From IMG/VR virus record IMGVR_UViG_3300002220_006617, positions 1 through 64,000 of that record: a stretch of DNA of 64,000 nt; one strand, given 5' to 3'. The DNA comes from a virus (taxonomy: Duplodnaviria; Caudoviricetes). Below are positions 48,390-58,036 of the stretch, piece by piece. The notes beneath the pieces are model-generated. The model was not told the DNA's origin. It saw nothing but the letters and a program-made list of their open reading frames with translations, and made no database searches. Each line of letters opens with the position of its first letter. Position 1 is the first letter of the stretch. The position numbers were made by a program, and so were the translations under genes.

Positions 48390-48630
48390 GGTAATCGGAA
48401 TGCTATCACAGACCCTGATAATCTCTGAAAAACCCAGCCAGAACGCATTTCCAATCGAAATGTGCCCTGTCTGCAACCATGTAAAATGCACCGAAGTCAT
48501 TGACATAAAGATCAACAAGAACGGTGTTCTTGAAGAGTATACCACCTGCAGTAACTGCAGAAGCGAATATTCCAACATCTATCATCACGACTCGGTCAAA
48601 ATCCACGTAAAAAACGGAGTAAGTATATGA
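48370..48630 (+). CDS. Zn-ribbon protein
   Basis: CPVC...CSNC; start uncertain. Confidence 0.55.
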   Translation: MTTSSIEVIGMLSQTLIISEKPSQNAFPIEMCPVCNHVKCTEVIDIKINKNGVLEEYTTCSNCRSEYSNIYHHDSVKIHVKNGVSI

Positions 48631-49052
48631 CCTACGATCCCTGCACTGAATGTCCTGACGAAGATTGTCATGGTAACGATCCTGAATGCAATACCTATGC
48701 GGAATGGGCTGCCAAAGAAAACCCCAGTGATAAAGAATACGAAGTTATCCTCCGGATGACTGTCACCGCAACAACCCATGAAGAAGCTGCCCGAGATGCT
48801 CAGGAAACAATCGATCAAGCTGATGATTCCTGGTCTTTCGAAGTCAAAGAAGTCGGTACTGACGAAGTAATCATCGTTGACCTTGCCGACCACGATGACG
48901 ATGACGATGACGCCCATGACGACCTCTGGGGCGACCCGGATGACGAACCCTCAACATTCCCGTCATCTGAACCGCGGGTATCCGAAGATGATGAAGACCG
49001 CGAGTTCCAGAACCAGTGCAATGACAACCGCAGCGTATTCAGTCACCCGTGA
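48627..49052 (+). CDS. acidic hypothetical protein
   Basis: ATGA coupling; Asp-rich tail. Confidence 0.6.
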   Translation: MTYDPCTECPDEDCHGNDPECNTYAEWAAKENPSDKEYEVILRMTVTATTHEEAARDAQETIDQADDSWSFEVKEVGTDEVIIVDLADHDDDDDDAHDDLWGDPDDEPSTFPSSEPRVSEDDEDREFQNQCNDNRSVFSHP

Positions 49053-49606
49053 TCACCATGGACCACTCCATTTTTTTAAGAGAAAATATTGAGTGCACAA
49101 ACGACCCGAATACTGTTGCCAAAAAAATCATCAACGATTGCCAGACAATCCCGGACATCGAATATGTATTCAAACGATTAACCGAACAGATTAAAGGTTA
49201 TGAAAAATGCCTCAATACCCTCCAAACTATCGAACGCCTGATATTCTACCTGAAAAAAGAAAGAGTCAATCTTATTGAAAAAAGAGGAATGACTACTCTC
49301 ATCCAACTCAACCGCCAGGAACCCCGGTACAGCTTCGACAAAGGTATCACCTATAAATACGCGGTAATCACGTTCCCCAACATCGATGAAAATGCCGAAA
49401 CCAACCTCGACAACCACATCAGAACACTCGGATCCACAACCTCGTTCCCCGGAACCGATCGTCATAAAGCAATCCTGGGAGCCCTTGAACTGGCTGATCA
49501 CAACAATACCAAAATCGTCCTGACCGGTTTCGGCAAAGACGTCCCAAAATCGATTCCGGAAGATATGATCTACACGACCCGCAGAATCTACCACCCATTG
49601 TATTAA
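49049..49606 (+). CDS. hypothetical protein, paralog of 49617-50162
   Basis: shared EPRY, A..LA....KI...GF. Confidence 0.65.
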   Translation: MITMDHSIFLRENIECTNDPNTVAKKIINDCQTIPDIEYVFKRLTEQIKGYEKCLNTLQTIERLIFYLKKERVNLIEKRGMTTLIQLNRQEPRYSFDKGITYKYAVITFPNIDENAETNLDNHIRTLGSTTSFPGTDRHKAILGALELADHNNTKIVLTGFGKDVPKSIPEDMIYTTRRIYHPLY

Positions 49607-49616
49607 GGTTTTCACC

Positions 49617-50162
49617 ATGTATTCCCTCGACGGTTACCCCGAAGATCAAATTGCCAATCTCGCAAAAGACGCAATAACTGAACGATCCAACATCGACAAC
49701 CTGGATAGTTTCATGCTCGATCTCAACGGTACCATTGCCACCAAAGAAAAATCACTAAACAAATATTACCTGTTTAGATCGATCGCCACAAAAGAATACC
49801 GGAAACATTGTATAGAACTCATGCCGGAAAAGAGTGTTATTGACATCATTCTACTCTCAAAAGATACCCGGCGATTTTATCGGAACGGCCGAAGACAATC
49901 TGAACCGCGGTACCGAGTACAGAAAATCCAGTTCGATGAAGGTGAAGGTAACCTCAATAAAATGACACCCTTATCCCCCCCCACCGATTTCAAACAGTCC
50001 GAGAAAGAGAATGCATTCCAGCTTGCCAAGAACCTGGCCGCCCCGGACAACCTCAAGATCCACATACAGGGATTTCCCGACAATTTCCCGTTACCTTCAG
50101 GAATCCTCCCGTCCATGCTATCGCCACTTGAATACTACATTCCCATCGAGACCCGGTACTAA
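49617..50162 (+). CDS. hypothetical protein, paralog of 49049-49606
   Basis: shared motifs with upstream gene. Confidence 0.65.
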   Translation: MYSLDGYPEDQIANLAKDAITERSNIDNLDSFMLDLNGTIATKEKSLNKYYLFRSIATKEYRKHCIELMPEKSVIDIILLSKDTRRFYRNGRRQSEPRYRVQKIQFDEGEGNLNKMTPLSPPTDFKQSEKENAFQLAKNLAAPDNLKIHIQGFPDNFPLPSGILPSMLSPLEYYIPIETRY

Positions 50163-50164
50163 CC

Positions 50165-50599
50165 ATGTTTGACTCTGGCGATGAAGATGAATTCTCTGCA
50201 GAAACCCTGCAGACCCACTGCGGTCACGAAGATCTCCGCAGTACCCTTGACACCCCTGCCCTAAAAGATTCAGTCCAGAACGATCTTGACTCCTGGGTCC
50301 CAGGCAGTCTGTATGAAAGAATACGTGAATCCGTCCGTGAAGATTACGAAGACTGGGCTGAAAACGAACGATTCGAATGCGATGAAGACTGTGCCAACAG
50401 TTGCGCTCTGTTCAAGGTCCAGGAGATCGGCCAGGAAATGGAAGATGAGATCCCCTGTATGCTCTGCAACAACCGCGGTAACATTGAAGCCTGTAAAACC
50501 AACCCTGGCTGCACTGATATGGACCGGTTCAAACTTCAGGTCAGAAACGCCTGCAAAATCATCGAACGCTACATGACCGAAGAAATCGGAATTAGATAA
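50165..50599 (+). CDS. Cys-rich acidic protein
   Basis: ORF. Confidence 0.6.
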   Translation: MFDSGDEDEFSAETLQTHCGHEDLRSTLDTPALKDSVQNDLDSWVPGSLYERIRESVREDYEDWAENERFECDEDCANSCALFKVQEIGQEMEDEIPCMLCNNRGNIEACKTNPGCTDMDRFKLQVRNACKIIERYMTEEIGIR

Positions 50600-50601
50600 T
50601 C

Positions 50602-50985
50602 ATGACTCCAGAACTCCCCCTATATTTTGCCCGGTTCATCATTGCTGACCCGAACAATAACGACCAGCCGGTATACGACATATCAGCAAAAGTAACTCGG
50701 AAAGAGATTGCTCATGACGAATACCGGTTCAAACAAGTACTCGGAAAAGCACTATCCCTCTACTTCAATGACACCCAACCGGATTCATTCCGGCAACAGA
50801 TCAAAGATGAAGGATATAGTTTCCTCGACATGATTGACGCTCTTCTGGAAGATGACGAGACGTTCATGAAGTATCTTGCAGCAGAAGGAATCTTTGATCT
50901 CGAACACGACGCTCCTATCATTGACAGTGACGATTGGGAAGCCGGGGACGATATCATTGATCGTCAGTGTCTCGTCACATCATGA
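50602..50985 (+). CDS. hypothetical protein, paralog of 58968-59327
   Basis: shared F...LG.AL, GI..L, D.W...D..ID. Confidence 0.65.
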   Translation: MTPELPLYFARFIIADPNNNDQPVYDISAKVTRKEIAHDEYRFKQVLGKALSLYFNDTQPDSFRQQIKDEGYSFLDMIDALLEDDETFMKYLAAEGIFDLEHDAPIIDSDDWEAGDDIIDRQCLVTS

Positions 50986-51242
50986 GTAAACAACCGCCCC
51001 CGGGCAAACTCCATTCCCGAAAATACAAAAAAATCGTTGACACTCTCAATGAAATTAAACAACGATATGTTAAAAACGGAGAAAATCCCATCGAACAAAC
51101 GTTTAGCCTCGAAGAATTCAACAAGAAAACCAACAGCACCCGCCTTGAGAGTAGCAGCCGGTTGGTATTCGTCCAGGGAGTTAAACGCTGCGGTAGAGCC
51201 GAATACCGGTTTACTGACGAGCCCATCAAGGTGTTAATATGA
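50982..51242 (+). CDS. hypothetical protein
   Basis: ATGA coupling. Confidence 0.55.
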   Translation: MSKQPPPGKLHSRKYKKIVDTLNEIKQRYVKNGENPIEQTFSLEEFNKKTNSTRLESSSRLVFVQGVKRCGRAEYRFTDEPIKVLI

Positions 51243-51772
51243 CCCTCAAAAAACATACTTATTTTTTAGACACCGGGCTAACCAGTTACAGCGATAAAAA
51301 GAAATATTCTTCCGATAAAGAAGCCTGGAACGGCCTTGCAAAACCATTCGACGCCCAATACAAAACCGGTGGCAGCGTTGTTGCCAACCTGATGAAATGC
51401 GATATGCCAATTCTCGTCATCCACAACGATTTAAACAAAAATAAATCATTCAAAACCGCAACAATCCCTATAGCTATCGGATACATCAGTCAGGACTGGG
51501 ATGGGAATTTATGGAACAACCCGACGTTTTGCAAACTCTGCAATTGCCCTATCGGTTCTCAAAGGTTCCGGCACATCGGTTACTGTAAATTCTGCGAACA
51601 ACTTGTTGACAGTATATTTGCCTGGGACAAGAACCAAAAAAGAGTACCGGGCAAAATAACCCAAACCCACCTTGACCGCCTTAAAGAACTCTCCCCCGGT
51701 TTCCGATACAAAACTGCAATGTTTCTCATAAACGACAAAACCCTGAAACTTATCAAGAATATCGAGGATTAA
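51239..51772 (+). CDS. hypothetical Zn-finger protein
   Basis: CKLC...CKFC. Confidence 0.6.
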   Translation: MTLKKHTYFLDTGLTSYSDKKKYSSDKEAWNGLAKPFDAQYKTGGSVVANLMKCDMPILVIHNDLNKNKSFKTATIPIAIGYISQDWDGNLWNNPTFCKLCNCPIGSQRFRHIGYCKFCEQLVDSIFAWDKNQKRVPGKITQTHLDRLKELSPGFRYKTAMFLINDKTLKLIKNIED

Positions 51773-51774
51773 GA

Positions 51775-52323
51775 ATGCCGATCTGGTGCGTAAAACTGGA
51801 AAAATATGAGCATGCTGAAGGAGATACTCCTGAAGAAGCAAAGAAAGCGGCTATTGAGAACCTCCAGGAATCGTTCGACAACATTACTGACGATGAAATC
51901 ACCGAATGCATCAGAGTAGCCGAGACTTGGGAAGAACTCGAATCATCAACAATCAACCCCATCACCCAGATATCACGGATGAGCCGGTATAACCATTTCC
52001 AAATCGATGACGGCCCCGAATATGGCGGCTGGACTGCAGGAGCCCGCTGGAACGGCTGGGCCACCCCTTACTTCCCCAAATGTGAAGCCGACAACCTTTC
52101 TCAGGATATGAGCGCCCTTTTTGACAATACAAAAACGTTCATGCGATACAATAAAGAAATGGACCAATACGAATTCTTTGATGCAGCAGCCTATGCAACA
52201 CCAGAACCCAACAACCTTGAGATCTGGCCGGGCCAGGATATCCTAACACCTTACGGTGCAGTCTGCCGGGTTTACCCAATCGGTGCAGGATCATGGATCT
52301 GGTCGGAAAGTGAAACTCCATGA
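51775..52323 (+). CDS. hypothetical protein
   Basis: WNGWATPYF...YPIGAGSWIW. Confidence 0.7.
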   Translation: MPIWCVKLEKYEHAEGDTPEEAKKAAIENLQESFDNITDDEITECIRVAETWEELESSTINPITQISRMSRYNHFQIDDGPEYGGWTAGARWNGWATPYFPKCEADNLSQDMSALFDNTKTFMRYNKEMDQYEFFDAAAYATPEPNNLEIWPGQDILTPYGAVCRVYPIGAGSWIWSESETP

Positions 52324-52718
52324 TCCCCGGTTTACCTGTAATGCATTACTACTGCGAGTTTGAATTCTACAAAAAAAGATATCCTGGCTGGTCAGATGAC
52401 ATCAGTAACAAACTCAGTGTAGCCGGTCCTTTTTTCACCAAAGAAATAGCTGACCGGATTGCCCAGGATTTCAATGGTATTGATTGGATAGCTCGAAAAC
52501 AACCCGAATTCGAACTCTCGGATATTGATTACAATCAAAAACACGATTGTTATTATTATTTCGACCCCATGGAACACGACCCAAACATCCAGGATCAACA
52601 CTGTGAATGGCCCGGTTTTGATGCCCAGGATCCTTACGGTAACCTCCTCCACCTTTACCATATGGGTGAATTTGACTGGTACTATAAACTAATCCAATCA
52701 ACTTTTTTGAAAAGTTAA
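52320..52718 (+). CDS. hypothetical protein, paralog of upstream gene
   Basis: similar P.F....AD, YYFD, WPG.D..PYG. Confidence 0.6.
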   Translation: MIPGLPVMHYYCEFEFYKKRYPGWSDDISNKLSVAGPFFTKEIADRIAQDFNGIDWIARKQPEFELSDIDYNQKHDCYYYFDPMEHDPNIQDQHCEWPGFDAQDPYGNLLHLYHMGEFDWYYKLIQSTFLKS

Positions 52719-52731
52719 ATGTAACCGGTCA

Positions 52732-52936
52732 CACACACCTTCCGCGAAAGTATTACCGGCAGAAAAAAGGAACCCCGCTTGTGTGGATGGTAACCCATCC
52801 CCACTGGGTATAGTGGATTGTTGTTACGATTAGATTTTGATTGTATATAATGATTGTGAATATAGTAAAGAATAAAGGAAATTTTTCCCCCTATGCCAAA
52901 AAAGTGGTGGTAATTGTTTCGCGCGGGGTGTGTGTG
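52732..52936. other. putative replication origin: inverted ORB-like repeats flanking AT-rich DUE
   Basis: CACACACCTTCCGCGAAAGTATT (52732) and inverted copy 52912-52936; third copy 54282; next to cdc6. Confidence 0.7.
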
Positions 52937-53001
52937 TCTATACCCCACGCAACACAGTATTGATATATTTTCACGAGTACAACAACACACAATAATCAAA
53001 G

Positions 53002-54258
53002 GTGGTTATTATCACAGACGACGAAAACACTGCATTTGGCCTCGATCACAGAGGGATAATCAAAGATGGATATCCTTTAACATCTTTCTATCGGCCGACA
53101 AACATCCTGGCAAGAGACACTGAAAAACTCGAGATCGGCAAACTGTTTGCCCCGGTCCTGAAATACAACGGGAGTCCGATCAACGCATTGGTTTACGGTA
53201 AATCCGGAACAGGCAAAAACCTGGTTGTTGAATACATAACGGATCTTTTCATCCAGAGTGCTGAAAAACGAGGGAAAAAATACATCAGCATCGTTGTCAG
53301 CTGCAAGATGAGAACACCGAAATGGATACTCCAGCAGTTACTATCGGCTGTCGACCCGAGCCTTTCGGATTATGGTACAGGTAGATCTGTCGGAGAAGTT
53401 TACACCAAACTCCACCAGAACATGAAACGAAAGAACGCATCACTCGTTGTCATCCTGGACGAAATTGATGCATTACCGCCTTCAGACCTCCTCTACGATC
53501 TCAGCCGCATTAAAAAAGATCTACCGCAGGACCTCTATCTGGTCATCATCGGGCTGACCAACAACTTCAACGAACACATCAAAGACATTGCCATTTCATC
53601 CTCATTTGGAAGACGAACCATAGACTTCCCCTCGTATACCACAGAAAACCTCAGAGACATCCTCAACGACCGGCTGTTTGCATTATACCCGGACACCCTC
53701 GAAACCGGCGTCATAGAATACATCGCAAAGAAATCAGCAATCGAACACGGCAATGCACGAAAAGCCATTGAACTTCTCGCAACCTCCGCAGAATTCGCTG
53801 AGAATGAAAAAGACCCTCAGATCACATCTATCCACGTCAACCGGGCATCCGACTACATTGAAATCGACAACCTGATAAAAGACCTGATACAATCGCCAAA
53901 ACACACGGTCCTGGCATTCATTGCGATAGCAGAGCTTCAACATAAACTCGGAGGATCTGCAGTCTTATCCTCGCCACTGTACAAACACTACTGCATAGTC
54001 TGTGACGAAAACCTCTTAACGCCACTATCCAGCACACGGTTTGCAACCATCTGCAGCAGCCTTGGATCCACCGGGTTAATAGATGTCACCGAACGAGTAG
54101 GGAGTCACCAGAAAGGCCGTACCCGAGTCCACAAGATCACCCTGACCGAAAACCGGCTTCACCAAATCATGGCGGTCCTCGCCAAAGAACACGGCTACAT
54201 CATCAACGGTCTTTCAACTCAAAAACTTTTATCCCTCCCAGATTTCAATGAGAAATGA
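53002..54258 (+). CDS. cdc6: Orc1/Cdc6 replication initiator
   Basis: YGKSGTGKN, VILDEID, LLYDLSR, FPSY, HGNARKAI, C-terminal WH. Confidence 0.95.
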   Translation: MVIITDDENTAFGLDHRGIIKDGYPLTSFYRPTNILARDTEKLEIGKLFAPVLKYNGSPINALVYGKSGTGKNLVVEYITDLFIQSAEKRGKKYISIVVSCKMRTPKWILQQLLSAVDPSLSDYGTGRSVGEVYTKLHQNMKRKNASLVVILDEIDALPPSDLLYDLSRIKKDLPQDLYLVIIGLTNNFNEHIKDIAISSSFGRRTIDFPSYTTENLRDILNDRLFALYPDTLETGVIEYIAKKSAIEHGNARKAIELLATSAEFAENEKDPQITSIHVNRASDYIEIDNLIKDLIQSPKHTVLAFIAIAELQHKLGGSAVLSSPLYKHYCIVCDENLLTPLSSTRFATICSSLGSTGLIDVTERVGSHQKGRTRVHKITLTENRLHQIMAVLAKEHGYIINGLSTQKLLSLPDFNEK

Positions 54259-54475
54259 TTATATACCAGAACTGCACCCGGACACACCTTCCGCGAAACT
54301 ATTGGCGACAACTATATATACCCGAACAAAACGGAGCCTTTAAACCCGAGATTTCCAATTCAAGTCATTTATTTATATACAACCTCTCTTTTCTTTTCCT
54401 CATACCAATAAATACCAGCACTCGGCCGCACGGCTGATGCCGCGGCGTCCCATCATCTCAGTTACCGGATAACGT

Positions 54476-54530
54476 AGTTCCCATTCGTAACCCGTGCCGC
54501 TTGATAGCGTCAGGGTTATCGATGGGAACT
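54476..54530 (+). repeat. conserved hairpin element copy 9 (variant)
   Basis: AGTTCCCATTCGTAACCCGTGCCGCT-TGAT-AGCGTCAGGGTTATCGATGGGAACT. Confidence 0.7.
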
Positions 54531-54654
54531 CCACCCCCTGTGATCCGATTTTTATGTACAAACTGATCCGATCCGTACCTTTCCGCACTACGCATTCTGT
54601 GGAAAAATTACCAAAAGGTACTCTCGGAAAAAATCTTTACGGAGTTGTATACTG

Positions 54655-55146
54655 ATGACATCTACTATTCTTGGGATCACGGGCCGCATCGAGGCTCGCC
54701 ACTTTATGAAACTCGACCAAATTTGTGAACAACAGGCAAACAAACACCTGCCGGTTAAGTTAGTCAAAATCGACCCTCGGTGTGAGAAAGCAATGGAATG
54801 GGCCCTCATCCGCGGCATGGCCATTGTCATCGAGAAACTGAACTTCACCTACGAGAGAAACTCCATCGACGAGTTCACCAAACTGGTAGTCGGTGAACCC
54901 ACAACCCCCGAGGACTACGCAACCCCAGGCGTTGAAATGGACATCTGCAACCTCACAGACTGCAACATGCCGATCACCCATTCACGAGTTGCACTCGAAG
55001 GCACAGACGGACTCCCGCTGGTCGGCGACCTCTTACCCGACCGGGAATACGGGCGCTGGGTAGGTCCAGACGTCAACATGATCGTCGCAACAGGCGAAGT
55101 CAACGTCCCCAGAATTGAAGGCATCCCCGTAATCAGGGCGTGGTAA
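54655..55146 (+). CDS. hypothetical protein
   Basis: GGAG RBS. Confidence 0.65.
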   Translation: MTSTILGITGRIEARHFMKLDQICEQQANKHLPVKLVKIDPRCEKAMEWALIRGMAIVIEKLNFTYERNSIDEFTKLVVGEPTTPEDYATPGVEMDICNLTDCNMPITHSRVALEGTDGLPLVGDLLPDREYGRWVGPDVNMIVATGEVNVPRIEGIPVIRAW

Positions 55147-55523
55147 CTTTGGCAAACAACGGACATTTCGAACCAATCGGCAACCTCAGAATGGGCAACA
55201 CCAACCCGACAGGCATCCTGTGGATCCCCATCAACGTAATGCTTGAGAACAACAAAGTCATCGGCATGCAGAAACACGTAGACGCCGAAGGCCAGGAGTC
55301 CTGGACCCAGGCAGAGGTCGGAGTCATCAAGGAGACAGCCACGGGCAAATCCCTGGCACTCAACATCTTCGGCACCGACGTTTACGTCAACAAAGAAGCC
55401 GTTGCCCAGCTCAAATCCAAGAAAGTCGGCGCGATCCAGAGTGTCAGTGCGGTCACCCTCATCCACGACAGCAACGCTCCAACCGGAGTAAAAAGCGGAA
55501 TCCAGCGGGAAACCGCTTACTAA
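55140..55523 (+). CDS. hypothetical protein
   Basis: coupled ORF. Confidence 0.6.
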   Translation: MVTLANNGHFEPIGNLRMGNTNPTGILWIPINVMLENNKVIGMQKHVDAEGQESWTQAEVGVIKETATGKSLALNIFGTDVYVNKEAVAQLKSKKVGAIQSVSAVTLIHDSNAPTGVKSGIQRETAY

Positions 55524-55548
55524 TTTTCATGTACCGGGAGACTTCAAC

Positions 55549-55866
55549 ATGACCGACTACGTCAAACTGGTCTGGACGCATATCCGGAACGGCCGGGAAA
55601 GTGTTCCATTACCGGACAAGAAACAGTTAGTTCGAGACGAATTCATCTTCACCTGCCCCATCTGTGGCAACACGATGAGTTCCTGCAATTACAACCACAT
55701 CGGCAACTTCCAGGTTGATGCAGCTGATCATCTGGAGACCTGCATGACCAACCCCGCGAAATGTACTATGTGCGGAAACCTGTTCAAAAGACTCGAGATG
55801 ATGCCAACCGGAAAATGTATCCGATGTGAAATCCTGTCCATAAACATGGCCAACCGGCACGAGTAG
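55549..55866 (+). CDS. Zn-finger protein
   Basis: CPICG, CTMCG, CIRC. Confidence 0.65.
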   Translation: MTDYVKLVWTHIRNGRESVPLPDKKQLVRDEFIFTCPICGNTMSSCNYNHIGNFQVDAADHLETCMTNPAKCTMCGNLFKRLEMMPTGKCIRCEILSINMANRHE

Positions 55867-55934
55867 TCAATAAGATTGACTCATTCGAAAGGAGTATTGA
55901 CAAACTATTTAAGCGTATGAGATAAGATTCTGTC

Positions 55935-56900
55935 ATGAAGGACTCGTACTTCACGAAACGAATCCGTCAGGACAAACAAGCTCTTGAAACGTATACAAGA
56001 GCAATCGAATGGGACCCTGTCAGACTCAGCCGGGCCATGTCCTCCACGGGTTTGCCGCATGAAGATGTCTACCTGGAAACGCCAAACCAGAAACTCATTG
56101 ACCATCTCTCAACATTCATCCTGAACGCCGGCACGAACTTCTTCTTCATCCTCGGCCCCAACGGGTTCGGCAAAAGTTCCATCAAAGACTTCTCGTTACT
56201 GGTCTTCAAGGACATCAACCAATATGTTTCATTCAGCCTTGACAACATCGGGCCGATCACAACATTCCAGATGCTCCGTGAAATCTACCTCAACATGACC
56301 GGGCTGGAAAAAGCGCCACGAACCCGCGGGGAACTCAAAGATGCGATCGTCAACCACCTGATAACCACTCGGAGCAATGAAAAACTCCCGATCACAACCA
56401 TCGTCTGGATTGACGAAGGCCAGAAACTCACATCTGAAAAACTCGAGGCCCTCCGGATGATAGCCGATACCAGGACGCTCAAAGGCGACTTTACCTGCAA
56501 ATTCATCATTGTCGGAACCGAAGGACTCAAAACCAAAATCGCCAACTGGATGACAACACATGATGAGGAAGGCATGGCTGTCATGGACCGGGGATCCCAG
56601 TTCACCTACGATCTCAACCCCTGGGACGAACAACATATCTTCAACTGGTGGACGCTCCTCACGGAATACTGTTCAATCAACCAAAGCACAGACATGATCA
56701 ACCCGTTCCAACCGGTCACTGCCAAGATCGTCCACAAACTCAGTGAAGGTAAACCCCGCGACATAGTCCAGTTATCCCAACTGGCCCTGCTCGCCCGGGC
56801 AGACAAATATTTAACCGATCCTAAAAACGGCTGGACAGTCCGACCAGACGACATCATGGACGCCCTCGGCATCAAACAGACTGCGGAGAAGAAAAAATGA
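55935..56900 (+). CDS. ExeA/AAA_22-like ATPase
   Basis: GPNGFGKS, WIDEGQ, IIVGT, SEGKPRDI; TATTTAAG promoter 21 nt upstream. Confidence 0.88.
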   Translation: MKDSYFTKRIRQDKQALETYTRAIEWDPVRLSRAMSSTGLPHEDVYLETPNQKLIDHLSTFILNAGTNFFFILGPNGFGKSSIKDFSLLVFKDINQYVSFSLDNIGPITTFQMLREIYLNMTGLEKAPRTRGELKDAIVNHLITTRSNEKLPITTIVWIDEGQKLTSEKLEALRMIADTRTLKGDFTCKFIIVGTEGLKTKIANWMTTHDEEGMAVMDRGSQFTYDLNPWDEQHIFNWWTLLTEYCSINQSTDMINPFQPVTAKIVHKLSEGKPRDIVQLSQLALLARADKYLTDPKNGWTVRPDDIMDALGIKQTAEKKK

Positions 56901-57304
56901 CCCGTCACGAAGGCCAAACCCCGGCACAACGAATGCAACAGGCACTCGAGGCAAACCCGGACCTCATCCAGGAAACCATCACACGACACCCGGAAGGCAC
57001 AGAAATCACGAACCACCCGATTCCCGCGATCAGTCCCAAACCATCCACAGAATTGCAGGAACCCCCGCGCAAATCAAAGTTAAACCTTGCACTTGAATTC
57101 GGAGACATTCAACCCAAGAACATGATCTATTCCCGCGAGATCGCAGCACTCATCGAGTACCGGTCATTAACAGTCATTAAATACGTTAAATCCGAAGAAT
57201 TACTGCGATGGTGTGAAGAAGGAGCTGCCCGGGATTACCCGGACCTTTACGCCAAGATCAAAGATCACTTCAAAGATCATCCAAAGAAAACTAAACGAAC
57301 CTGA
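56897..57304 (+). CDS. hypothetical protein coupled to AAA ATPase
   Basis: ATGA coupling. Confidence 0.6.
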   Translation: MTRHEGQTPAQRMQQALEANPDLIQETITRHPEGTEITNHPIPAISPKPSTELQEPPRKSKLNLALEFGDIQPKNMIYSREIAALIEYRSLTVIKYVKSEELLRWCEEGAARDYPDLYAKIKDHFKDHPKKTKRT

Positions 57305-57348
57305 AAGGATCCAGCAACATTTTCAGGTTCAACAAGGAGTCACAGACG

Positions 57349-57888
57349 ATGTCAACCACCATTTATACCGATGGGGCCTGCAGAGGAAACCCCGGCCAGG
57401 GGGCCTATTCATTCATAGTCTTCCAGGACAACAAAGAAATCTTTAGAGAATCTGCACTAATTGCAGGCGTTACAACGAACAACAAAGCAGAATATCTGGC
57501 CATCGCAAAAGCAATGCAATGGGCTGGCAAGAACAACATCACAAAATTCACCATCTTTTCCGACAGCAAACTTGCTATCAACCAGATAATCGGCGAATGG
57601 AAGGTCAAAGAACCGGAACTCAAGGCCTTCATCTACACGATCCGCGGGCTCCTGGCTGCACTACCCAAAGACGCAGTCACATTCACACACACCACCCGTG
57701 AAACTAATGGGATCTCAATCTGCGACAAGATGTGCAACGAGATCCTTGACTGTGGCAAATCAATAACCGATGAAACCACTACTCGCCAAACCTGGCAGGT
57801 CCTCTATAGGTGCCCGGTCTGCGGGGCCACATTCAGCTCAGTTGACGGGTTCTGTGAAGCCTGCGATACCATCCTCGTAGAACCGTGA
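57349..57888 (+). CDS. rnhA: ribonuclease HI with C-terminal Zn ribbon
   Basis: YTDGACRGNPG, TNNKAEY, SDSKL. Confidence 0.95.
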   Translation: MSTTIYTDGACRGNPGQGAYSFIVFQDNKEIFRESALIAGVTTNNKAEYLAIAKAMQWAGKNNITKFTIFSDSKLAINQIIGEWKVKEPELKAFIYTIRGLLAALPKDAVTFTHTTRETNGISICDKMCNEILDCGKSITDETTTRQTWQVLYRCPVCGATFSSVDGFCEACDTILVEP

Positions 57889-57896
57889 TGGAACCA

Positions 57897-57915
57897 AGTG
57901 ACTTCACTTAAAATA
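57897..57915 (+). promoter_or_regulatory. AGTGAC-N5-TATA promoter
   Basis: AGTGAC ttcac TTAAAATA. Confidence 0.6.
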
Positions 57916-58036
57916 CCCGCCTGCAGAACACAGTAAGTGAGGCGAATCACACCGCCGCTTTACTGCGGAATGACTCATCGGACCTGTTCCGATTGAAATT
58001 CCATGGGATATCCTCCCTTTTCCAAATGTGATGATC

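Noticed and set aside
8177-54530. Hairpin repeats as a CRISPR array
   Set aside because: Copies are kilobases apart with no regular spacers, are divergent, and no cas operon is present.
8177-54530. Hairpins as integron attC sites
   Set aside because: The RYYYAAC/GTTRRRY boxes are not matched and no integron integrase is in the window.
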